Assembly: GCF_000006765.1 (NCBI RefSeq) | Contig: NC_002516.2 | Length of the DNA: 64,000 nucleotides | Source: Pseudomonas aeruginosa PAO1 | GTDB lineage: Bacteria > Pseudomonadota > Gammaproteobacteria > Pseudomonadales > Pseudomonadaceae | Strand: one strand, 5' to 3' | Shown here: piece by piece, positions 10,117 to 19,715 of the stretch | Layout of the letters: every line of letters starts with the position of its first letter | Numbering within the stretch: the first letter of the stretch is position 1 | The notes under the pieces: model-generated | Told to the model about the DNA's origin: nothing | The model's input: only the letters and a program-made list of their open reading frames with translations | Databases searched by the model: none | Program-made: the position numbers and the translations under genes

Positions 10117-12573
10117 ATGAGGCAGAACCGGACTCTCGACAAGCCCCGCCTGCTCGGCCTGGTATGGCCCTTCATCGTCGTGGTGCTGTTGCAGGCCATG
10201 CTGGCGGGCGGCAGTCTCTACGTCCTCTCCGCGGTGCGCAGCTATGTCGGCGGCGAAAGCCTCTGGTCGAAGGGCCAGAAGGATGCCATCTACTATCTCA
10301 CCCTCTATGCCGACTCACGCGCCGACGAAGACTTCCGCCGCTACGAGGAGGCCATCGCGATCCCCCTCGGCGACCGCGAGATGCGCCTTGCCCTGGACCA
10401 GCCCGACCCGGACATCGAGGCGGCCCGCCAGGGCATCCTCAAGGGCGGCAACCATGCCGACGACGTTACCGCGATCATCTGGCTGTACCGCAACTTCCAC
10501 GACTTCAGTTACTTCGAGCGCGCCATCGAGCTGTGGCTGGTGGGCGACAAGTACGTCATGGAACTGATCGACGTCGCCGGCAAGATGCGCGCGGGCATCG
10601 GCACCGGGCAGGCCAGTGCCGAGCAGGTGCAACAGTGGAAGACCGAGATCCATGCGATCAACGAGAAGGTCACGCCGGCGGCCAAGGCCTTCAGCGACGC
10701 CCTCGGCGAGGGCTCGCGGGCCTTGCTCAGGCTGCTGCTGGTGGCCAACCTGACCACCGCCAGCGTGCTCATCCTCCTGGCGTTCCTGCGGACCCGGCAG
10801 CAACTGATGCAGCGCCAGGAAGTGGAGAACGCCCTCGATGCCGAGCGCGAACGGGCCCAGATCACCCTGGCCTCGATCGGCGACGGAGTGATCACCGCCG
10901 ACACCCAGGGGGGCATTTCCTACCTCAACCCGGCCGCCGAGCAGATGACCAACTGGACGCTGGACAAGGCCCGCGGCCTGCCCCTGGCGTCGCTGTTCCG
11001 GATCGTCGACGAAAGCTCGCGGGAGGAGGGCATGCTGCTGATCGAGCAGATCCTCAGCGGCGAGATCGACGGCGGTCGCGAGCATTCCAAGCTGGTTCTG
11101 CGTCACGACGGCAGCAGCGTGCCGGTGACCCTGGTGGGCGCGCCGATCCACCGTGGCGCCGAGATCACCGGGGTGGTCCTGGTGCTTCACGACATGACCC
11201 GCGAGCGCCAGTACATGGCGCGCCTGTCCTGGCAGGCGACCCACGATGCGTTGACCGGGCTGACCAACCGCCGCGAGTTCGAGTATCGCCTGCAGATAGC
11301 GCTGGAACGCCTGGAGCGCAACAGCGGGCGGCACGCCCTGATGTTCCTCGACCTGGACCAGTTCAAGCTGGTCAACGACACCTGCGGCCACGCCGCCGGC
11401 GACGAACTGCTGCGCCAGGTCTGTACCCTGCTGCAACAAGGCTTGCGCGAGGGCGACACGCTGGCGCGGCTGGGCGGCGACGAGTTCGGCATCCTGCTGG
11501 AGAACTGTCCGGCGGAAAAAGCCGTGGAGATCGCCGACCATCTGCGCAAGACCATCCAGGACCTGCACTTCACCTGGAGCGGGCAGCCGTTCAACTGCAC
11601 CGTCAGCGTCGGCCTGGTGCACCTGCTGCCGGGTATCTCGACCCTCGAGGAGGCGCTGCGCTCCGCCGACATGGCCTGCTACATGGCCAAGGAAAAGGGC
11701 CGCAACCGGGTCCAGGTGTTCCATCAGGACGACGTCGAACTATCGATGCGCTTCGGCGAGATGACCTGGGTCCAGCGCATCCACCTGGCGCTGGAGGAAG
11801 ACCGCTTCAGTCTCTATGCCCAGCCCATCGTGCCGCTGGGCGAAGGTGCGGAGGAGGGCTTGCACGTCGAACTGCTGCTGCGCCTGCGCGACGAGGGCGG
11901 GCGCCTGGTGCCGCCGCTGAGCTTCATACCCGCCGCCGAGCGCTACGGCCTGATGACGCTGATCGATCGCTGGGTGGTGGAGAATGCCTTCCGCACCCTT
12001 GTCGAGCGCGCCCAGGACCCTCGCGCCGAGCCGATCGGCACCTGCGCCATCAATCTCTCCGGCGCGACCATCGGCGACGAGTCGTTCCTGCAGTTCCTCA
12101 CCGAGCTGTTCGCCCGTTACCGCATTCCGCCGCAGACGATCTGCTTCGAGGTCACCGAAACCGTGGCGGTTGCCAACCTGGCCAGCGCCATCCGCTTCAT
12201 CAACGAGCTCAAGGACACCGGTTGTCGTTTCTCCCTGGACGATTTCTGCGCCGGCATGTCGTCCTTCATCTACCTCAAGCACCTGCCGGTGGATTACCTG
12301 AAGATCGATGGCAGCTTCGTCAAGGACATGCTCGAGGATCCCATCGATCGCGCCATGGTCCAGGTGATCAACCATATCGGCCACGTGATGGGCAAACGTA
12401 CCATCGCCGAGTTCGTCGAGACCGTCGAAGTCATGGAAGCGCTGCGCGAGATCGGCATCGACTATGCCCAGGGCCTGGCCATCGGCGCGCCCCTGCCGTT
12501 CAGTCGCCAGCCTCCGGGGGCTGGAGTGGATGCCCAGGGCCTGTGGTCGAGCCTGGGACAGAACCTCCGGTAG
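10117..12573 (+). CDS. rbdA: Membrane-anchored PAS-GGDEF-EAL c-di-GMP enzyme RbdA
   Basis: Two TM segments flanking a sensor domain; PAS; REGD I-site five residues before GGDEF; ELL-type EAL domain, DDF, KIDGSF; 818 aa from ATG 10117. Confidence 0.92.
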   Translation: MRQNRTLDKPRLLGLVWPFIVVVLLQAMLAGGSLYVLSAVRSYVGGESLWSKGQKDAIYYLTLYADSRADEDFRRYEEAIAIPLGDREMRLALDQPDPDIEAARQGILKGGNHADDVTAIIWLYRNFHDFSYFERAIELWLVGDKYVMELIDVAGKMRAGIGTGQASAEQVQQWKTEIHAINEKVTPAAKAFSDALGEGSRALLRLLLVANLTTASVLILLAFLRTRQQLMQRQEVENALDAERERAQITLASIGDGVITADTQGGISYLNPAAEQMTNWTLDKARGLPLASLFRIVDESSREEGMLLIEQILSGEIDGGREHSKLVLRHDGSSVPVTLVGAPIHRGAEITGVVLVLHDMTRERQYMARLSWQATHDALTGLTNRREFEYRLQIALERLERNSGRHALMFLDLDQFKLVNDTCGHAAGDELLRQVCTLLQQGLREGDTLARLGGDEFGILLENCPAEKAVEIADHLRKTIQDLHFTWSGQPFNCTVSVGLVHLLPGISTLEEALRSADMACYMAKEKGRNRVQVFHQDDVELSMRFGEMTWVQRIHLALEEDRFSLYAQPIVPLGEGAEEGLHVELLLRLRDEGGRLVPPLSFIPAAERYGLMTLIDRWVVENAFRTLVERAQDPRAEPIGTCAINLSGATIGDESFLQFLTELFARYRIPPQTICFEVTETVAVANLASAIRFINELKDTGCRFSLDDFCAGMSSFIYLKHLPVDYLKIDGSFVKDMLEDPIDRAMVQVINHIGHVMGKRTIAEFVETVEVMEALREIGIDYAQGLAIGAPLPFSRQPPGAGVDAQGLWSSLGQNLR

Positions 12574-12647
12574 GTGACCGCGGGGCGAAGAAAGAGTAGT
12601 TTCGCTGCTATGAGGCCGTTGCCGACAAGAAGAGAAGGGAGACGGGT

Positions 12648-13430
12648 GTGAGCGAGTTCTTTGACCGTACGGGCCCCTTGCAGGAGGCGGGAAGCTATCC
12701 GCAGTGGGCGCAGCAACTGATCGTCGACTGCCAGGCGAGCAAGGACCGGGTTTCCGGTCACGAGCTGTACCGGCGCATGCGCGACGCCGAGCTGAGCCCG
12801 GCGCTGATGCGCCTGTACCTGATCGGCGGCTGGCCGGTGGTCGAGCAGTTCCCCTTGTACATGTCGCAGAACCTGCTGAAGACCCGTTTCGCCCGCCATC
12901 CCGGCGAAGACATGGCGCGCCGCTGGCTGATGCGCAACATTCGGGTCGAACTCAACCACGCCGACTACTGGCTGCACTGGGCCGAGGCCCACGGCGTGAG
13001 CCTGGCCGAGATCCAGGCGCAAGACGTGCCGGCCGAACTGCACGCGCTCAGCCACTGGTGCTGGCACACCTGCGCCAGCGACTCACTGGCGGTGGCCATG
13101 GCCGCCACCAACTACGCCATCGAAGGCGTCACCGGCGAGTGGTCGGCGCTGGTCTGTTCGAACGGCGTCTACGAAAACGCCTTCCCCAAGGAAGGCCGCA
13201 AGCGCGCCATGAAGTGGCTCAAGCTCCACGCCCAGTACGACGATGCCCACCCCTGGGAGGCGCTGGAGATCATCTGCACCCTGGCCGGCACCAATCCCAG
13301 CGCCGAGCTGCGCCGGCAACTGCGCGACGCGATCTGCAAGAGCTACGACTACATGTACCTGTTCCTCGAGCGCTGCATGCAGCTGGAGGAGGCGCGCAGC
13401 GCCCGCAAGCTCGCGGTCGGCGCGGAGTAG
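12648..13430 (+). CDS. undA: UndA, heme-oxygenase-like non-heme iron fatty-acid decarboxylase (1-undecene synthesis)
   Basis: ELNH (ExxH), YAIEG and HAQYDDAH metal-ligand motifs of the HDO fold; position after rbdA matches the known undA locus. Confidence 0.85.
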   Translation: MSEFFDRTGPLQEAGSYPQWAQQLIVDCQASKDRVSGHELYRRMRDAELSPALMRLYLIGGWPVVEQFPLYMSQNLLKTRFARHPGEDMARRWLMRNIRVELNHADYWLHWAEAHGVSLAEIQAQDVPAELHALSHWCWHTCASDSLAVAMAATNYAIEGVTGEWSALVCSNGVYENAFPKEGRKRAMKWLKLHAQYDDAHPWEALEIICTLAGTNPSAELRRQLRDAICKSYDYMYLFLERCMQLEEARSARKLAVGAE

Positions 13431-13441
13431 TCTTGCGCGCA

Positions 13442-13474
13442 GCGGAATCCCGGCGTGTTCCGCCGGGATTCCGC
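13442..13474. terminator. Hairpin between convergent undA and oxidoreductase genes
   Basis: Perfect 14-bp inverted repeat GCGGAATCCCGGCG/CGCCGGGATTCCGC with a 5-nt loop; no clear U-tract. Confidence 0.6.
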
Positions 13475-13481
13475 CCGCTCC

Positions 13482-14441
13482 TCAGGGCACCAGGATGATC
13501 TTCTCGCAGGTGCCTTCGTTCACCGCCCGGTACTGCTCAACGCCCTGCTCCAGCGGGACTTCCCGCAGCCCGTCCGGCAGCGGCAGGCGGCCTTGGTCGA
13601 ACAGCTTGCCGAAGGCGTCGAGGAAGCCTGCGCAGGCTTCCACGCCATAGAGCAGCGAGTTGATCCCCACCACCGAGCCACCGCGACGGTACAGGTTCAA
13701 CGCCGGCAGGCGCACATGGCCGTCGGCCGGTGCGGCGATGATCGCCAGGCGACCGAAGGCGGCCAGCGCCGGGACCGCCGCCTCGAGCCAGAAACCGGTC
13801 GTATCGAAGATCACCTCGGCCCCGCCGGGGAAGATCCCTTCCACCTGTGCCGCCAGTTCGGCCGGCTCGCCCAGCAGCAGCGCGGCGATGCCCTGCGTTT
13901 CCAGCGCCTGGCGTTGCTCCTCGCGCCGCACCGCGCCGATCGCTTCGGCCCCCAGGGCCTTGGCCAGCGCCAGCGCGGCCTTGCCGACCGCGCCGTTGGC
14001 GCCGATTACCAGGAGCCGGGTGCCGGCCTTGACCTGGCTGCGTTGCAGGGCGTCCCAGGCGGTGCTGTAGGGCACCCCGCAACTGGCGGCCTGGGCGAAG
14101 CTCAGGCTTTCCGGCTTGAGCGCGACGCCGGCGGCCGGCAGGGTCAGGAACTGCGCGTGGCTACCGTCGCGGAAGAATCCCGGCTCCCGCCCGGTGCCCC
14201 AGACCGCCTGGCCGAGCAGAGCCTTCGGTCCCTCCACCACCACCCCGGCGAAGTCGCGGCCCGGTACCCGGGGCAGGGTGGTATAGGGGAAGCGGCCGAG
14301 GACGTTCTTCACGTCGCTCGGATTCAGCCCGGCAGCGCGGATTTCCACCCGCACCTCATCGGCGGCGGGAAGCGGGTCGGGCATGTCCACCAGCTCGAGG
14401 GCGGCGAGGTCGCCGGTACGGTCGAATTGCAGTGCTTTCAT
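13482..14441 (-). CDS. MDR-family (zeta-crystallin/quinone oxidoreductase-like) NADPH oxidoreductase
   Basis: GLNPSD, PGRDFAG and GANGAVG nucleotide-binding motif; no catalytic Zn cysteine set; GGAG SD before ATG 14441. Confidence 0.85.
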   Translation of the reverse strand: MKALQFDRTGDLAALELVDMPDPLPAADEVRVEIRAAGLNPSDVKNVLGRFPYTTLPRVPGRDFAGVVVEGPKALLGQAVWGTGREPGFFRDGSHAQFLTLPAAGVALKPESLSFAQAASCGVPYSTAWDALQRSQVKAGTRLLVIGANGAVGKAALALAKALGAEAIGAVRREEQRQALETQGIAALLLGEPAELAAQVEGIFPGGAEVIFDTTGFWLEAAVPALAAFGRLAIIAAPADGHVRLPALNLYRRGGSVVGINSLLYGVEACAGFLDAFGKLFDQGRLPLPDGLREVPLEQGVEQYRAVNEGTCEKIILVP

Positions 14442-14466
14442 CGGGGGCTCCGTGTCGTCGCGGCGA

Positions 14467-14640
14467 TCAGTGCAGCCACTGCTGCAGCAGGTCGCGGCCA
14501 AGGGGGAAAAGCTGTTCGCCGAGCTGCATGCCAAGCAGGCCGACCAGGGCGATGGCGGGGGGCGCCGGCGAGCGGAAGTCGAGGACGGCGTAGAGCGCGC
14601 CGACCAGCAGGCCGATGCCGAGGGAGATCAGGTAGTTCAT
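14467..14640 (-). CDS. Small XapX/DUF1427-like membrane protein (57 aa)
   Basis: MNYLISLGIGLLVGALYAVLDFRSPAPPAIALVGLLGMQLGEQ: two hydrophobic segments around SPAPP; co-oriented between the AraC and oxidoreductase genes; SD weak. Confidence 0.72.
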   Translation of the reverse strand: MNYLISLGIGLLVGALYAVLDFRSPAPPAIALVGLLGMQLGEQLFPLGRDLLQQWLH

Positions 14641-14723
14641 GGCGGCTGACAGGGACGGTGAACGATGGTGCCAGTCTAGTTGGCCGAAAAAACATCTATC
14701 GGCCAATCGCTATCGAATACCGG

Positions 14724-15512
14724 TCAAGGCTGGAACGGCTGGTGATGCTCGGCCCTGTACTCGGTGGGAGAGACGCCCAGCTCGCGGCGGAACATGTCGC
14801 TGAAGGCGCTCGGCGTATATCCCAGGGCATGGGCGATGCCTGCCACCGGACGGCCATCGATCAGTGCGGCGGCGGCGGTCGCCAGCTGCACCTGCCGCCG
14901 CCAGTCGGCGAAGCCCATGCCCAGGCTGCGCTGGAACAGGCGCGAGAGGGTCCGCACGCTGGCCCCGGCGTCTTCGGCCAGGCGCTCCAGGCCGATGTCC
15001 AGGGAGGGATTGGCCATCACCGCCTGGCACAGCGCGAGCAGGCGCCTGTCGGAGGCGTCCGGCAGCGGTACGCGTAGGCTGGAACGGCGCGCGCGGCCGA
15101 GTTCGAGCACGGCGAGATCGGCCAGCGCCCGATAGTAGTGGGGGTCGCTCTGTCGTTCCTGCTCCACCAGGCTGACGATCAGCTCGCGCAGCAGCGGGCC
15201 GACCACCAGCACCAGGGTGCGGTCCTCCAGGCCGCGGGAGAGTTCCGGGCTCAGGTAGATGTTGCGCATCTGCAACTCGGAGGCGACCCGCACCGCATGG
15301 CGCAGGCCCGGAGGCAACCAGACCGCCCGTTGCGGCGGGACCGGCAGGGCCTCGTCGGGCGTCTCCAGCCACATCATCCCGGACACCGCATAGAGCACCT
15401 GGCCCCAGGCGTGCTCGTGGGCATCGACGCGGTGCCCGGCAGGATAGCTGCGGGCGACGCCGCGCAGGGGCCGGCGGCTGTCGCTCAGGTCGGGTGGTGC
15501 GGGTCGTGCCAT
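14724..15512 (-). CDS. AraC-family transcriptional regulator (cupin + double HTH)
   Basis: HEHAWGQ cupin motif; ASVRTLSRLF and LGYTPSAFSDMFRRELG HTH motifs. Confidence 0.9.
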   Translation of the reverse strand: MARPAPPDLSDSRRPLRGVARSYPAGHRVDAHEHAWGQVLYAVSGMMWLETPDEALPVPPQRAVWLPPGLRHAVRVASELQMRNIYLSPELSRGLEDRTLVLVVGPLLRELIVSLVEQERQSDPHYYRALADLAVLELGRARRSSLRVPLPDASDRRLLALCQAVMANPSLDIGLERLAEDAGASVRTLSRLFQRSLGMGFADWRRQVQLATAAAALIDGRPVAGIAHALGYTPSAFSDMFRRELGVSPTEYRAEHHQPFQP

Positions 15513-15622
15513 GGGAATGCCGTCGCGGAGGAAAGACGCAGGTTAACCGCTTGACGCCGATCATGCAGCGCCGGCTTTCAGCGCAGCCGTGACAGCGCTG
15601 CTGGCAGCTTTTCGCACCGCAC

Positions 15623-15640
15623 TGTAAAGATAACTTTACG
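15623..15640. promoter_or_regulatory. PhhR (TyrR-type) box upstream of hpd
   Basis: TGTAAA-GATAAC-TTTACG versus consensus TGTAAA-N6-TTTACA. Confidence 0.8.
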
Positions 15641-15810
15641 AAGACCGGGCGTTCGCCATGCATGCCGCCGGCGCGTAAGGAATAGTTGCCAGAAACCCTG
15701 CGCCAGGCCCTGTGCCGGGCCCTGCCGACGGCTTGTCCGCCGCGCCGCCACGGGGTGAGATGAAGGCATCTCCCATGTCGTCGGCCGCCTGGACCGGCGG
15801 CGGTCCATTC

Positions 15811-15821
15811 AACAAGAACAA
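15811..15821 (+). promoter_or_regulatory. Hfq/Crc CA motif at the hpd ribosome-binding site
   Basis: AACAAGAACAA (AANAANAA) directly before the GAGGAGG SD. Confidence 0.6.
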
Positions 15822-15833
15822 CGAGGAGGCCGG

Positions 15834-16907
15834 ATGAACGCCGTGGCCAAGATCGAACAGCACAATCCCATCGGTACCGACGGATTCGAATTCGTCGAGT
15901 TCACCGCCCCCGACGCCAAGGGCATCGAGCAGCTGCGCCAGCTGTTCAACATGATGGGCTTCACCGAAACCGCCAAGCATCGTTCCAAGGAAGTCTTCCT
16001 GTTCCAGCAGAACGATATCAACATCGTGCTCAACGGCAGCCCAACCGGGCATGTCCATGAATTCGCCCTCAAGCACGGCCCGAGCGCCTGCGCCATGGCC
16101 TTCCGGGTGAAGAACGCTTCCCAGGCCGCCGCCTACGCCGAATCCCAGGGCGCCAAGCTGGTGGGCAGCCACGCCAACTTCGGCGAGCTGAACATCCCTT
16201 CCCTGGAAGGCATCGGCGGTTCGCTGCTGTATCTTGTCGACCGCTACGGCGACCGCAGCATCTATGACGTCGACTTCGAGTTCATCGAAGGCCGCAGCGC
16301 CAACGACAACTCGGTCGGCCTGACCTACATCGACCACCTGACCCACAACGTCAAGCGCGGCCAGATGGACGTCTGGTCCGGTTTCTACGAGCGCATCGCC
16401 AACTTCCGCGAGATTCGCTACTTCGACATCGAAGGCAAGCTCACCGGCCTGTTCTCCCGCGCCATGACCGCACCTTGCGGGAAGATCCGCATCCCGATCA
16501 ACGAGTCGGCCGACGATACCTCGCAGATCGAGGAATTCATCCGCGAATACCATGGCGAAGGCATCCAGCACATCGCCCTGACCACCGACGACATCTATGC
16601 CACCGTGCGCAAGCTGCGCGACAACGGCGTGAAGTTCATGTCGACCCCGGACACCTACTACGAGAAGGTCGACACCCGCGTCGCCGGGCATGGCGAGCCG
16701 CTCGAGCAACTGCGCGAACTGAACCTGCTGATCGACGGCGCCCCGGGCGACGACGGCATCCTGCTGCAGATCTTCACCGACACGGTGATCGGCCCGATCT
16801 TCTTCGAGATCATCCAGCGCAAGGGCAACCAGGGTTTCGGCGAGGGCAATTTCAAGGCCCTGTTCGAGTCCATCGAGGAAGACCAGATTCGCCGCGGCGT
16901 GATCTGA
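15834..16907 (+). CDS. hpd: 4-hydroxyphenylpyruvate dioxygenase
   Basis: IDHLTHNV, GEGIQHIAL and FFEIIQRKGNQGFGEGNFKALFESIE motifs. Confidence 0.97.
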   Translation: MNAVAKIEQHNPIGTDGFEFVEFTAPDAKGIEQLRQLFNMMGFTETAKHRSKEVFLFQQNDINIVLNGSPTGHVHEFALKHGPSACAMAFRVKNASQAAAYAESQGAKLVGSHANFGELNIPSLEGIGGSLLYLVDRYGDRSIYDVDFEFIEGRSANDNSVGLTYIDHLTHNVKRGQMDVWSGFYERIANFREIRYFDIEGKLTGLFSRAMTAPCGKIRIPINESADDTSQIEEFIREYHGEGIQHIALTTDDIYATVRKLRDNGVKFMSTPDTYYEKVDTRVAGHGEPLEQLRELNLLIDGAPGDDGILLQIFTDTVIGPIFFEIIQRKGNQGFGEGNFKALFESIEEDQIRRGVI

Positions 16908-16915
16908 TCCCGCTG

Positions 16916-16945
16916 CCGCCAGCCTCTTCCGGGGCTGGCGGTTTT
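16916..16945 (+). terminator. Rho-independent terminator of hpd
   Basis: CCGCCAGCC/GGCTGGCGG stem followed by TTTT. Confidence 0.7.
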
Positions 16946-17204
16946 CCTTGCGCTCCGCGTTTCCGTTCCAGCGGCGCCGATCGCGCCAGCCTTGCCCGCA
17001 CCGCCGAGCCACGAGCCTGGCGGCCCATTCACGTCACGTACAACAACAAACAGGTGACGCATGATCCGTGAGTCCTCCCTCCGCCCAGCCGACCGCCCGC
17101 CGCCACGCGCCCCGCATGGCGCCCGCCGTGCGCCTGCCGCCTGAGCCGCACGGCCCCGTTTCGCCTCCGACAACAATAAATTTCCACTTGCGTGAGATAA
17201 TTCA

Positions 17205-18623
17205 ATGGACGGCCAACATCCGCATTCGGGCGAGCTCAAGCGCGGCCTGAAGAATCGTCACATCCAGTTGATCGCCCTCGGCGGCGCCATCGGCACCGGC
17301 CTGTTCCTCGGCTCGGCCGGGGTGCTCAAGTCGGCGGGCCCGTCGATGATCCTCGGCTACGCCATCGCCGGCTTCATCGCTTTCATGATCATGCGCCAGC
17401 TCGGCGAGATGATCGTCGAGGAGCCGGTCGCCGGCTCCTTCAGCCACTTCGCGCACAAGTACTGGGGCGGCTTCGCCGGCTTCCTCTCCGGCTGGAACTG
17501 CTGGGTGCTGTACATCCTGGTCGGGATGTCGGAACTGACCGCGGTCGGCAAGTACATCCACTACTGGTGGCCGGAGGTGCCGACCTGGGCCACGGCGGCG
17601 TTGTTCTTCGTCGTCGTCAACGCGATCAACCTAACCAACGTCAAGGCCTTCGGCGAAGCCGAGTTCTGGTTCGCGATCATCAAGGTGGTGGCGATCATCG
17701 GCATGATCCTGCTCGGCTGCTACCTGCTGTTCAGCGGCAGCGGCGGTCCGCAGGCTTCGGTGAGCAACCTCTGGGCACACGGCGGTTTCTTCCCCAACGG
17801 AGTGAGCGGACTGGTGATGGCCATGGCGATCATCATGTTCTCCTTCGGTGGCCTGGAAATGCTCGGCTTCACCGCGGCCGAGGCGGACAAGCCGAGGACG
17901 GTGATCCCGAAGGCGATCAACCAGGTGATCTATCGCATCCTGATCTTCTACATCGGCGCCCTGGTCGTGCTGCTCTCGCTGACGCCCTGGGACAGCCTGC
18001 TGCAGACCCTCAACGCTTCCGGCGATGCCTACAGCGGCAGCCCGTTCGTGCAGATCTTCTCGATGATCGGCAGCGGCACCGCCGCGCACCTGCTGAACTT
18101 CGTGGTGCTCACCGCCGCACTGTCGGTGTACAACAGCGGCACCTATTGCAACGGCCGCATGCTTCTCGGCCTGGCCGAGCAGGGCGATGCCCCGCGCGCG
18201 CTGGCCAGGGTCGACAAGCGCGGCGTACCGGTACGCGCCCTGGTGGTATCGGCGCTGGTGACCTTCCTCGCGGTGGTGGTGAACTATGTGATCCCGCACC
18301 AGGCGCTGGAGCTGCTGATGTCGCTGGTGGTGGCGGCGCTGGTGATCAACTGGGCGATGATCAGCATGGCGCACCTGAAGTTCCGCGCGCAGATGGACCG
18401 CCAGGGCACCCGCACGCACTTCCGCGCGTTCTGGTATCCGTACGGCAACTACCTGTGCATGGCCTTCGTGGTGTTCATCCTCGGCGTCATGTTGCTGATC
18501 CCCGGCATCCAGGTCTCGGTCTATGCCATCCCGGTCTGGCTGCTGGTGATGTGGGCCTGCTACCGACTCAAGGGAGCCCCGCGGCCGATGCCGGGCCTGC
18601 GGGTGAAGCCGGTCACCGAGTGA
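17205..18623 (+). CDS. aroP2: Aromatic amino-acid permease (APC family)
   Basis: LKNRHIQLIALGGAIGTGLF and FGEAEFWFAIIK motifs; about 12 TM segments. Confidence 0.92.
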   Translation: MDGQHPHSGELKRGLKNRHIQLIALGGAIGTGLFLGSAGVLKSAGPSMILGYAIAGFIAFMIMRQLGEMIVEEPVAGSFSHFAHKYWGGFAGFLSGWNCWVLYILVGMSELTAVGKYIHYWWPEVPTWATAALFFVVVNAINLTNVKAFGEAEFWFAIIKVVAIIGMILLGCYLLFSGSGGPQASVSNLWAHGGFFPNGVSGLVMAMAIIMFSFGGLEMLGFTAAEADKPRTVIPKAINQVIYRILIFYIGALVVLLSLTPWDSLLQTLNASGDAYSGSPFVQIFSMIGSGTAAHLLNFVVLTAALSVYNSGTYCNGRMLLGLAEQGDAPRALARVDKRGVPVRALVVSALVTFLAVVVNYVIPHQALELLMSLVVAALVINWAMISMAHLKFRAQMDRQGTRTHFRAFWYPYGNYLCMAFVVFILGVMLLIPGIQVSVYAIPVWLLVMWACYRLKGAPRPMPGLRVKPVTE

Positions 18624-18775
18624 TCGATGGGGCGCCGGCGCGCAGAGGAGAGGGGAGCGCTCCTTTGCGTGTCCCGGCGGCCCACAAGACTTTTTCTAGG
18701 GGCGCCTGTCGTTGACGCGGCAGGTGCCGTATTCCTACAGTGGCAGCGCCATTTTTTCTCGTTAGAGGGATTTCC

Positions 18776-19159
18776 ATGAAAAAAGCGCTCTGGCTGCTTC
18801 TGGCTGCCGTTCCCGTGGTCCTGGTCGCCTGCGGCGGCAGCGACGACGACAAGCAGACCGCCCAGGTCGATTACCTGGCCCTGCCGGGGGATGCCAAGCT
18901 GGATACCCGCAGCGTCGACTACAAGTGCGAGAACGGTCGCAAGTTCACCGTGCAGTACCTGAACAAGGGCGACAACAGCCTCGCCGTGGTGCCGGTCAGC
19001 GACAACTCGACGCTGGTCTTCAGCAATGTGATTTCCGCCTCCGGCGCCAAGTACGCCGCCGGCCAGTACATCTGGTGGACCAAGGGCGAGGAAGCCACCC
19101 TCTACGGCGACTGGAAGGGCGGCGAGCCCACCGACGGGGTCGCCTGCAAGGAGCGTTGA
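18776..19159 (+). CDS. mliC: Membrane-bound lysozyme inhibitor lipoprotein
   Basis: Lipobox LVAC; ISASGAKY and WWTKGEEA MliC motifs. Confidence 0.93.
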   Translation: MKKALWLLLAAVPVVLVACGGSDDDKQTAQVDYLALPGDAKLDTRSVDYKCENGRKFTVQYLNKGDNSLAVVPVSDNSTLVFSNVISASGAKYAAGQYIWWTKGEEATLYGDWKGGEPTDGVACKER

Positions 19160-19185
19160 GTTCGACCTGGCGCCTTAGCCGAAAT

Positions 19186-19216
19186 GAAGGAACCCGGCCG
19201 CGGCCGGGTTTCTTTT
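19186..19216 (+). terminator. Terminator after mliC
   Basis: GGAACCCGGC/GCCGGGTTTC stem followed by TTTT. Confidence 0.65.
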
Positions 19217-19279
19217 GGCCTGCTTTTCCGCTCGGCAAAGGGGTTATGCTGGCAGCCCGTTGGTCCACCGTGCCGCCCC

Positions 19280-19693
19280 ATGCTGATCATCTCCAATGCC
19301 GTCCACCTGCCCGACCATGAGATCGAGCTGAATGCCATTCGCGCCCAGGGCGCCGGCGGGCAGAACGTCAACAAGGTCTCCAGCGCGGTGCACCTGCGCT
19401 TCGACATCCAGGCCTCGTCGTTGCCGCCGTTCTACAAGGAGCGTCTGCTGGCACTGAACGACCAGCGCATCAGCGGCGACGGCGTGGTGGTGATCAAGGC
19501 CCAGCAGTACCGGACCCAGGAGCAGAACCGCGAGGATGCCCTGGAGCGCCTGGCGGAGTTGATCCGCAGCGTGGCCAAGGTGCAGAAGGCGCGGCGCCCG
19601 ACCAAGCCTACGCGCGGCTCGCAGAAGCGCCGGCTGGACGGCAAGGCCAAGCGCGGCGCGGTGAAGGCCGGGCGCGGCAAGGTGGATTTCTGA
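19280..19693 (+). CDS. arfB: Ribosome-rescue peptidyl-tRNA hydrolase ArfB (YaeJ)
   Basis: [16 protein letters not shown] (GGQ), RTQEQNR and basic C-terminal tail. Confidence 0.93.
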   Translation: MLIISNAVHLPDHEIELNAIRAQGAGGQNVNKVSSAVHLRFDIQASSLPPFYKERLLALNDQRISGDGVVVIKAQQYRTQEQNREDALERLAELIRSVAKVQKARRPTKPTRGSQKRRLDGKAKRGAVKAGRGKVDF

Positions 19694-19715
19694 GCCGGCC
19701 GGTCTTCGCGACGGA

